DNA of 61,653 nt, taken from Octopus bimaculoides. Its lineage: Eukaryota. The stretch's first letter is position 1. Each line of letters starts with the position of its first letter. The notes under the pieces are model-generated. The model made no database searches, had not been told where the DNA came from, and saw only the letters and a program-made list of their open reading frames with translations. A program made the translations under genes and the position numbers. Below are positions 36,485-48,400 of this stretch, piece by piece. Where the stretch lies: positions 135,923,328-135,984,980 of the forward strand of contig NC_068983.1 in the NCBI RefSeq assembly GCF_001194135.2, given 5' to 3'.

Positions 36485-39400
36485 GTAATTTACCTTGTAT
36501 TACTGTATGGATACATGTATGTGATTTAATATTTTACATCTGTTTTAAGTCAGCAAGCTGGCAGGATCATTAGCACACCAGGCAAAATGTTTAGTGGCAT
36601 TTCATCCATCTTCATGTTCCAAGTTCAAATTCCACCAATGTTGATTTTGCCTTTCATCCATTCAGGGTTGATAAAATCAGTACCACTTGAACACTGGGGT
36701 CAATGTAATTGACTTAACCCCTCCCTCTACATAACTGGCCTTGTGCCAAAAGCTGAAACCAATATTTTTCATCTTTTTTGCCAGGCTGGAATGTTTTGGA
36801 TATTTACATAAATGCATGTATAACTGGATGCTATCCAGTTTTATCACATTATCTTATATTTTGAGTTCATATTCTGTTCTTTTCTGACACAGTGAGAGAA
36901 GGGTAATTCCATGACCATTTTCCAGGCCTTTAAGATTGGCAGAAGAAACAGATAACATTATCCTCAAACTGAAAATTTGGTCTGAATGCATGCAACAGAA
37001 TACACTCTGCTAAAAGCACCCAAGAGCCAGACAGTTATGTTCAACCAAGCAACAGATTAAATGTATCAGGAACAATCCCTCTTGATACACTGTGGGATCG
37101 AATAGAAACTAAGTAGTTGTGAAGCAAAGTTCTTCATCACAGAGCCATACCTGTGGTTCATTTTCATTCTTCACAGTAGATAAAACAAGCAATGGCGGAA
37201 TTTAGATCCAAATGTAAAGGGATAACAGTTTAATTTAATCAACACTTGATTCCTAAAGAAAACTAATCTTGTGTCAAAAGAAACTTATTATTTTTTGGTA
37301 GGTGGATGTGTACTCAAATATTATCTTAACTATTGATTCATTAATTCAGTGGCCCAATGGCTGTGTATATAAAATATTGATAATGTGGGTATATACCTTA
37401 CTTTTCATTCTTTGTGTTTTGTGGTTTGGCAGCACATTTGTCATTTCTTTCTTGTCATTTTGAACTTCATAAATTAATTATGTATTGTATGTTTATTTTA
37501 CTTTTCAAATGTTCTACATATTTACTTTCTTATAGAATTTTGAGTGGACAATTGACCAACTGGCTACTTTACATCCAGTTGAAATTGATGAAAAACCTCA
37601 GTATAAGTCCACATTCAAGTAAGGAAGCTTATAATCGCAATCACTTTCATCACTGTCCTCATCCTTATTATTGTTGTCATTGTCACTATTTCCACACAAC
37701 TGTTCTTGTATTACCATTACCACCTCCAGTACTATCATCATCACTACTAATACCATCATTAAAACTAGTGAAGAAATCCAGAACCAAGTGATCCTGTGAG
37801 CATTGGATCTTGAATTTCTTCATAATAATTCAAAGGAAAATATAAAGAATGGGGATAGGACCTTGACCCTTAACCTTTTTTTTTGACAATATTTGTGGCT
37901 ATATTTCTAATAAGACTACCTAAGTGTTTTAATTAATTTTCAATTTAATGTAAACTTTCTGATTATCTATTACTTTATGCTTGCATTGACCATTTAGAAT
38001 CTGTTATCATTCATGTTTGAATCATCATCATCATCGTTTAACGTCCGCCTTCCATGCTAGCATGGGTTGGACGATTTGACTGAGGACTGGTGAAACCGGA
38101 TGGCAACACCAGGCTCCAATCTAATTTGGCAGAGTTTCTACAGCTGGATGCCCCTCCTAACGCCAACTACTCAGAGAGTGTAGTGGGTGCTTTTACGTGT
38201 CACCCGCACGAAAACGGCCACGCTCGAAATGGTGTCTTATGTGCCACCTGCACAAAAGCCAGTCCAGGGGCACCGGCAACGATCTCGCTCAAAAAACCTC
38301 ATGTGTCACTCGCACAAGAGCCAGTCCATGGGCACTGGCAACGATCTCGCACGAAAGATATGNNNNNNNNNNNNNNNNNNNNNNNNNNNNNNNNNNNNNN
38401 NNNNNNNNNNNNNNNNNNNNNNNNNNNNNNNNNNNNNNNNNNNNNNNNNNNNNNNNNNNNNNNNNNNNNNNNNNNNNNNNNNNNNNNNNNNNNNNNNNNN
38501 NNNNNNNNNNNNNNNNNNNNNNNNNNNNNNNNNNNNNNNNNNNNNNNNNNNNNNNNNNNNNNNNNNNNNNNNNNNNNNNNNNNNNNNNNNNNNNNNNNNN
38601 NNNNNNNNNNNNNNNNNNNNNNNNNNNNNNNNNNNNNNNNNNNNNNNNNNNNNNNNNNNNNNNNNNNNNNNNNNNNNNNNNNNNNNNNNNNNNNNNNNNN
38701 NNNNNNNNNNNNNNNNNNNNNNNNNNNNNNNNNNNNNNNNNNNNNNNNNNNNNNNNNNNNNNNNNNNNNNNNNNNNNNNNNNNNNNNNNNNNNNNNNNNN
38801 NNNNNNNNNNNNNNNNNNNNNNNNNNNNNNNNNNNNNNNNNNNNNNNNNNNNNNNNNNNNNNNNNNNNNNNNNNNNNNNNNNNNNNNNNNNNNNNNNNNN
38901 NNNNNNNNNNNNNNNNNNNNNNNNNNNNNNNNNNNNNNNNNNNNNNNNNNNNNNNNNNNNNNNNNNNNNNNNNNNNNNNNNNNNNNNNNNNNNNNNNNNN
39001 NNNNNNNNNNNNNNNNNNNNNNNNNNNNNNNNNNNNNNNNNNNNNNNNNNNNNNNNNNNNNNNNNNNNNNNNNNNNNNNNNNNNNNNNNNNNNNNNNNNN
39101 NNNNNNNNNTGAGCCAGTCCAGGGGCACTGGCAACGATCCCGCTCGAAAGATTTCATGTGTCGCCCACACATGAGCCAGTCCGGGGGCACTGGCAAACGA
39201 TCCCGCTCGAAAGATATCATGTGTCGCCCGCACATGAGCCAGTCCAGGGGCACTGGCAACGATCCCGCTCGAAAGATTTCATGTGTCACCCGCACATGAG
39301 CCAGTCTAGAGGCACCGGCAGCGATCTCGCTCGAAAAAAAACCTCGTGTCACCCGCACAGGAGCCAGTCCAGGGGCACTGGCAACGAACTCGCTCGAGAT

Positions 39401-42400
39401 TTTGAATTAAAGATTAACATTTTAGTAAGAATAGTTTCATGTGTGTTGGTATTAAAAAGGTAAATATCCAGTTTCTAGTGAATCCTTTTGTTAGAGAAAG
39501 GAGCTAGCCCGGTATTTCTATATAGTATTGCCAGAACAGGTGAATTTTTGTTGACTATTGCTTCTATGTTCCATACTGCATTTTAGTTGATTCTCCTTCC
39601 CACCCCAGTTGTGTTAAGGTTGTATTTCTGCAAATGACAGTAGGTACAGTGAGATGGAACTCAAGACAATGTGGTCTTGAGTTCTATCTCACTGTGTGAC
39701 ACCTTGGACAAGTATCTTCTACTGTAGCTTTGAAGTATGAATAATAGAGAATACAGTAATTCCTCGCTATATCGCGGTTTATTATTTAAGCTTACGTCGA
39801 TTCCTCTGTGCTGTTGTTTTGCATTTATAATAAAATAGATATATACAAGTTATAATAATAATAATAAACATACAGTACAGTACTGTTTCTACTTTGTGGA
39901 TTTTCACCTATTGTAGGGATGGGGGTGGAATGTAACACCCGTGATAGTCTAGGGATTACTGTAGAGTTGGTAATCTAATAATATCAATAGTAAGTTCAAA
40001 TCCTCTGACATCTGTTTCAACTGCATATTGTATTTCATCAACATTATTCAAATGGCACACTAAGACTGATCTTCAGATGGAAATGACTAGTGAATTTCTT
40101 TTACATTCATCATTTACAGTACCTGTATATGTATTTATTTGTGTGACTGTCCCTTGTGCCAGTGCCACGTAAAAGCACCCACTACACTGGAAGTGGTTGG
40201 CATTAGGAAAGGCATCCAGCTGTAGAAACTCTGCCAGATCAGATTGGAGCCTGGTGCAGCCTTCTGGCTTGCCAGTCCTCAGTCAAATTGTCCAACCCAT
40301 GCTAGCATGGAAAGCAGACGTTAAACGATGATGATGAATAGGCACCTAAATCAATTAGCAAAAGCAAGGAACACGCTATCCTGTCATATTTGCTTGCAAG
40401 TTATGGTTATTCCTCAATTAGGTGAATTAAGTGTACTGCTGAAATACTCAACCTAAATGCCATATTAAAATCTGCATTCAGATCACATTGCACGTTTTGT
40501 TGTCTTGTTGATATTTGCATTATGCTTATAGGTTTAGGTTTCATATGATTGGAAATTATTTCTTGACATCTGAGAAATAAAACTATTCATAACACTGTTT
40601 AAAGAAACATGAGTTTTTGATTCCACAAAACTCATTTAAGCAAGACTTTATTTACATGATATTTTTTCACATTTTACCACAATATCTTCTTTTTGCAGTC
40701 CTGCAATAGAGACAAAGGCTCAGGAAGCCATAGAGCAATATTTTAATACTCGTCTTGTTGTACTTTCTCCAATAGAAAATGGTATGTTAAAGAAACATTG
40801 TTATTTGTTATTTATATATTAAACTTGTGCATTGAATTTGATATTTTAATGACATATAATTAAAGACTACTTATAAGTTCTTGTAGAAATCTATTCTTTA
40901 TCCTGCTAAACTTGTGGCTTCATATTATTTACTTCATTATGCATTCTCACAGTTATAGACCTCCTCTACAAATTATTTTATTTCTAGTAACAAAAAAAAA
41001 AAAATTAATATTCTTATTAAGAGTAGGAAAAGGGTTAAACTACTTTCAGGTTATCTTATGTATGTATGTATGTATGTATATAGTTCATGGAGTAAAGTGG
41101 TGGGTGATACAAAAGACATCTGGCTGTAAAAACTATGCCAAAATAACAAAACCTACTACAAAAATGGCTGGTTTTTGTTGTCTAATCTTGGTTGACTCTG
41201 AACATCCCATCCATAACCATCCTGTCATTTTAGTGGTATATAGGACTACATTATATCATGGGTCTTCACCTTATATATGTAAGAAGGTAGAGGTTTGATT
41301 TGAGAGAGATTTAGCTGCTATTTTTAATAGGTTGAATGACCATGTAGAGGTTCCTTTTTTTGTCTGCTTCTGAGGGCTGGTGAGCCAGAAGGCTGCACTA
41401 GGCTCCAATCTGATCTGACAAAGTTTCTACAGCTGGATGCCCTTTAAAACATCAACCACTGCGGAGAGTGTAGGGGGTGCTTTTTATATAATGAAAAATC
41501 ATGACAATGGTGTGATGCTGTTAGATACATCTAACCAATGCCAATATGGAAAAGGATGATAATGATAAACACATGTGTGCAGGATTTATTTACCACACAC
41601 TGTTATAATAATTAGTCATCTACTAGCTTTTGTTTGTGTGTGTGATTAACCCCACTGAGCTTCTATTATTGATAAAAGGATTTGAGTTTAGCAATGCAAG
41701 CTATCAAAACATAGCCAAATTACTGAGTACCTTACCTCCACATGGTACTTATGTTTAGCTAGGTGAGAATTAAGTGCCTTAGCTACAGAACACTATCATT
41801 GATTGGCTTTGTTGTTTAATATCCAGATCAACCCTGATCAAGTTCACTAATGATTAGACATTCAAGCAATAACCTTTCAATCTTTTGTTTGTTTTTTTTT
41901 TTGTTTTTCTCAGTAAAGGATGTAATATGAGGAAGATTTGGCTGCTATTTTAAGCAGGGTTAGCAGATGGACAGCCTCTTCCATCAGTTAGTTTTTGTAT
42001 CAGCTTCTAAAGCATAGAAATTAATCCCTTTTTATTTATTTGGTTATTCATTCAGTTAATATTTGCTTTTATATATGTTTCAGAAAAATCAGTTCAGAAT
42101 GAAAATGCAACTAAGAAATCTGTTACTAGTAAAGTATTTCAGTTATCTTTTCAAAACATATTTCACTTAAACCTGCTTATACATTATCATCATCATCATT
42201 GTTTAACGTCCGCTTTCTATGCTGCCATGGGTTGGACGGTTTGACTGAGGGCTCCAGTCTGATCTGACAAAGTTTCTACAGCTGGATGCCCTTCCTAACA
42301 CCAACCACTCCGAGCGTGTAGGGGGTGCTTTTTACATGCCACCGACACGGAAGCCAAACAAGCAGCACTGGCATTAGCCATATATATATATATATATATA

Positions 42401-45400
42401 TCTCATCATCATCATCATTTAATGTCCATTTTCCATCCTGGGTCTACCTCTTCCACAGGTTCTTGATCACTTGTCATTGCCTCAGAGAGGCCAAATGTTC
42501 GAAGGGCATGCTTCACCACCTCGTCCCAGGTCTTCCTGGGTCTACCTCTTCCACAGGTTCCCTCAACTGCTAGGGTGTGACACTTTTTCGCACATCTGTT
42601 CTCATCCATTCACAACACATGACCATACTAGCTCAGCCGTCTCTCTTGCACACCACATCTGATGCTTCTTAGGTTCAACTTTTCTCTCAAGGTATTTACA
42701 TTCTTTTGAGTATGCACACCGACATTACACATCCAGCGGAGCATACTGGCTTCATTCCTTGCAAGCTTATGCATGTCTTCAGCAGATGTTTCACTGCCAC
42801 ATAGCATGGCTGTTCGTACACATGCGTCATACAGTCTGCCTTTTACTCTGAGTGAGAGGCCCTTTGTCACCAGCAGAGGTAAGAGCTCTCTGAACTTTGC
42901 CCAGGCTATTCTTATTCTAGCAGCTACACTTTCAGAGCATCCACTCCTGCTGCTGACTTGGTCACCTAGATAACAGAAGTTCCTTGTAGTTTTTGCCCCT
43001 GGAATGTGACGGAAGCTGTTCTCTGCACATTTTCAGTGTTTATTGCTCCTGAGCATTTGCCACACACAAAAACTATCTTCCCAGTTAGCCTTCCTTTGAT
43101 ATTGCTGCACTTATGTGTCCATAGCTTACACTGGGTAGATCTTATGAAGTTTCTACTTAAACCTTTTCTACAGATCAAGCAGGGCCATCTACCTGAAGAG
43201 ATTTATGATTTGTCAGCCTAACTACTTATTAAGAATTTGGTTTTTGCTAGGTTTACTCTAAGGCCCTTCAATTTTAGTCCTTGCTTCCACACCTGAAACT
43301 TCTCTAGTTCTGATAGTGACTCAGCTATTAGAGCAAAGTCATCAGCATAGAGAAGCTCCCAGGGACATCCTGTCTTGAATTCCTCTGTTATTGCCTGGAG
43401 AACTATGATATATAAGAGGGGGCTGAAAACTGATCCTTGATGGACCCCTACCTGGAATTCTTCACTGTACTCATTGCCCTCTTTCTACATCTACTATATC
43501 ACCTCCTACCACAAGTTCTACTTTAATTATTTTACCTACCTTTTAACTCAGTACTGCATCACTTGAGATTTCTTCTCACTGGCCATGAATCATTCAATTT
43601 TGCTACAATTCAAATTGAGCAGTAATCACATTTACCTCAGTTACTCTTTTCCTCTTATATAACTGAGTCTGTAAAAGGACTGAGAACTGCCCTTCTTCAT
43701 TAGATAAGGAATAAAAAATGGAAGCTTTGCAGGCTTAAACTATATTTTGCATTGTAGTTTGTTTGTTATCAGTTTTCTTTCTAAATTTGCATGAAATCTT
43801 GAAATAATTTTTGTATTATAACTAGTACACCCTTTAAAGTGGTTGGTGTTTGGAAGGGCATCCAGCCAAAGAAACCATGCTAAAACAGACATGGAGCCTG
43901 AACAGCCCTTCAGGTGGTCGGCTCCTGTTACACTGTCCAACCCATGCCAGCATGGAAGACGGACGTTAAATGATGATGATGAACTGGATGCAGATCCTAC
44001 TACTAACAACTCAACAGTGAAGTGACAGTAGTGGAACCTGTTGTTTGTAATAACAAGGTTTTAACTTACAACTTTGTGATTAGTAATCCAGAGTCTTCAC
44101 GCTCACTGTATTTGAAGATTTGTTCTTGTTCTCTTCCATCTGTTTCTGATTAACTGAATGGTCATGTTTTTCTTATTTGTAGTTGGTTGCCAGACATGTT
44201 TAACTTTACCATTAGACTTCAATATCAATAAGGTTTTAGGTAAGTTATTTTCATTTTCACACACATACACACATCCTCTCTCCCTTTTCTATTTTCTTTT
44301 TCTGACTTTTCCTTTCTTGCTCTCTTTCTTCTCTCATATTGCCTTACCCTTCTCTCTGCCATTCATTTGTCACTCTCTTTCCCTTTTACTTTCCTCTCTT
44401 TTCTCTCTCTTATTCTGCCTTCCCTCTGCTATTTCGCTGACTGCCTTGTACTTCTTATATTTAAACTAATTTAACACTGTTGATAACCTGTAGGACAATA
44501 TATGACTTATGAAGAGAAAAAGACTGATGCTGAAAATAGCCAGTCAGAATCGTTCAGTACTGCTAGTCTTCGGCGCAAACTGTTCTGTCAAGAGTTTCAG
44601 GAGAGTGACAGTAGTTCAATGGACAGCAATATGGCCAGGTAAGTCCCAATAGCTAGTTCTGTCTTGAAAACAAAATCAAAACTATTTCAACTGTTTTTCG
44701 TTGTTGTAACACGAAATTACATCAACCCTGAATACCTATTTACCTTTTACAAGACCTGTAAAAGCAAAAATGATTGAGTATGTAAGATATTGAGCAATTT
44801 GCTTAGTACAAATTTACCCTAGTGTCATTCCAAAAAACAAAAAAAAAATCACATCATTGAAATCTCAAAGCTACAAGATAATGCTTGATTAATTCAAAAC
44901 AATGTGAATATGTATTACATTTGACAGTTATCTGAATGCTAAAGAGTTAAAATATTTGGCTCACTGGATGTGATGCAGTTGTTCAGGAAAAAAAGTTAAG
45001 AATATTTGCTTAAAGAGAGCTATGGTTTGTAGGATCAAGACATTGTCAGACTTAGTGCTATATAAAACTAGAATAAACCTTCAAAAGTAAAGCTTGTTTA
45101 ATTCTACTTCACCATGAAATACACATTAAGGTTATCTTATTATATCATCATCACTCTCAACTCATTTGTTCATGTGCACTAACATCGCACATCCAGCAGA
45201 GTATGCTCATATCATTTCTTTCCCACTGTGTATCTTCCATGTTTTGCTACCATGTAATGTTGCACTTCACATACAAATATTATACAATCTACCTTTATTT
45301 GGAGGAGAGAGATTCTCTTTATTGCCATTCATATTTTGGCTACTATACTTTCAGAGCATTGACCTTTACTGCTAATATGGTCTTGGAGGTAACAGAAGCC

Positions 45401-48400
45401 ACCAATGACTTCCAGGAAGCCTTCCAAATATTTGAAAAAATTTTCACAGGTGCTCTTACAGTTAACTACTGCTGTGCTGCATCTCCCACTTAGAAAATCT
45501 TTCTTCTCTGTTAGCTTGCCCATGGTTTCAGTAAAGCTTCTTCATCCAGTTTACAACGGGATTTGTATGGAATTCTTACCAACTGCTTTTCTGCGTATTT
45601 AACTTTGCTACTTTCAATATGACAGCAGAACTCTGTTTCCTCTCTGGCTGATTAAAAGTTTTTGCTTTTGCAGCATTTAATTTGAGCCTTCTCAATTCTA
45701 AGTTTTGCTTCCATGTTTGGTGTTTCTGTCCTAAATCTTCAACAGAAACTAGGTTATCAGTATAGAAGAGTTTCCATAGAGAGCTGGTCTTAAACGCTTC
45801 CCTATAATAAATAGGATGGGCTGAGAATCAGCCCTTAATGGACACCTACCTGCATGACATTCTTTGCTGAATTGATCAACAACTTCACCTTGCTGGTGGT
45901 ATCTCTGCATAGGGCTTGTATGGCTATCACAACCTGTTAATTTACACCTAGTTTACTAAGCAACTACCAGCTTCCAGAACATGGTACCTTGTCAAAGGCC
46001 TTCTGTAGAACATTGACTATGATTGGTTTGTTTTTGTAGTTATCTCATTAGGAGAATTCATCAGTGGTACCTTATTTTGATGCAAACGCATACTACATAT
46101 CATTCATTTAATTCTATGTTTAATCAATTGTGCCATAACTCTTTCTGTTGCTTTCATACAGTTTGATACCTCTGTAGTTACTTCTTTCTAGAGCATCTCT
46201 TTTAGCCTTATAATAGTTGAGGAGGATATTGCTACATCAATCATTGGATATGACTCTACCTTCATTAACTATGCAAATGACCTTCAGCTGCTTTCCCTAT
46301 GTATTAATTAAACTTTCAAATGTATGTAATGTTTTCAGTAGGTGGTTCCACTGTTTGACTGGTTGAGGTAGCTCTTCTTTCTACCTTGATTCACTTATAG
46401 TAACATCTGCAAGCCTACATGTGCATTAATGTCGCTAGTTGTGATAAAGAAGCCATTGTTATTCATTACTGAGAGGGTCTCACTTTTAAAGGTTTACTGT
46501 TAGTATACGTAGTGCTAAAGAAGTCAGTGTACACATATTTGTTTTTGTCACTGGAAAAATATTTTCAGAGTAACTTCTGGCATAAACAGACCAAAAATTA
46601 ATGACAGTAGATTTAAAATATTGTAAATTTTGTGTACTTTCAGATCAGATGAGTCCTTAAATGAGTGTGATATACCTCCTGCTCCTATACCCACCACACC
46701 TGACTGGGACAGATGTGCTTCAATAGTTAGTGTATACCTACATCTCATTGATATTTTAATTTCTTTTTACAGTCTGCTTTATCAAATCTGTTGTCAGTAC
46801 TTACACTGCCATCAATATTACATTTAAACAGAACTACATTGATCTTCACTTCTAATACACTATAAACTGAAATAATAAGCAAATTTGTTCACTAGTACAT
46901 TAAGCACTTGCTTGTGATTCTCAAATGAAAGAGTTACAGTGAAGTGAATCAATACTAATTTAATGAAGGCAATAGGAATGGCTGAGATAGCACTGTATTT
47001 GATTAAGATTTGCTAGCTTACTTTTAGGTTCAGAGTTCAATTCTTTCCACATGAAGACTTCACAGATTATTCCTTGTACTTAAAAAACAAAATCAGTTTA
47101 ACCAGATTTTTCAGGGAGAGAGTAAGATGGTCAAGTCTTGGACTAAATGCTTTATTGTATTTAGTTTTGTCTTTCCACATTCCACCAAAGTTGACTTGAA
47201 CATTCATTTTTCCACTGTGAATAAAATAAATATCAAGAAAACATTTTTATATTTACTTGACTAATTGTCACCTTTTGAGAATTAACCTTGTGCCTAGCAA
47301 AAAAAAAAAAAAAAAAGGGAAGAAAATTGATTTTATGTTATTGACACCAATGAGTTTGGTATTTGTTATCTGGTTAGTTTTGAAATAATTTTGGAAAATT
47401 TGAATTTAAATTACTAGAAAATGGTTTTCATAACTATTTTCTCTTCCTGTGGCTAACCACTCTATGACAAAATAGAGGTGATACTGATTTCAATTAACCA
47501 CTGAAGATGACTGCAAGCAATATACATTGCCTTAGATGGGGGATATAAGAATAATGAGTTTGAATGCATAACTTTTTGGTCAAACATCAGTACTGTAACT
47601 TCATTGCTATCTTATAGATAGTAATCAAAATATTCAGGTTCTTAGTGCACATAGTCATGCCAATATATTTATTTTGTATAAAAGGAAATAATTTAACTTT
47701 ATATTTTCAGAATCCATTATCTTCAAGTCCTGTGAGTCATCGTAGTCGTCGTTACAAATCATATATAGCTGGAGATGCTTTAGACTGCAGTGGAACCGTC
47801 TTATCACCAATTCACCAGCTATCATCTCCATTGTCAACCAGATCTCGATCAAATTTCCGTCGACATTCTTTAGGTTCTTTAGAAGATTCTAGCAAGCGTT
47901 TATTTAGTCCTTGTGTATCACCAATTAATTTAGAAAGTCATTCATCAGAAATGGCTTCTCTCAATATATCAGGTATTTGAATTTCTTTCATCTGTATTCC
48001 AGTTAATTGTAGATTAAAATGAAGATGTAACAATATAAAACAAATCTATCATGTCACATTTTTAGATAGGGTTCAGTTACTGGAAGCTAAATGCATTTTC
48101 CTGTCATGGAAAGAACTTCAGGGACTAGATTACTGAATCAATAAGAAACCATCATCTAATAAAATGCAATATGTTTTTTTTTTTTGGCATAGTCCTTTCA
48201 AGTGATTTAACCCTTTAGTTGGCAATGTTCATGATGCAGATTAACAAATTCTTGTGTTTCTGGATTTATTAAATGAGAATTGCTATGATATGGAGTAACT
48301 CAAAGATGAGGTAGCTGACTGACTGTTAGATATCAACAGGCTGTTAGGCAAGATACCAGCCTGCTTGCTTATAGATAAGTCATTGTTGTCTAACTTATTT

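Noticed and set aside
38090-39463. Long ORFs (300+ aa) in the track
   Set aside because: Mostly X from the gap; the 62-bp unit is not a multiple of 3. Regular repeats lack unique spacers, so this is not a CRISPR array.
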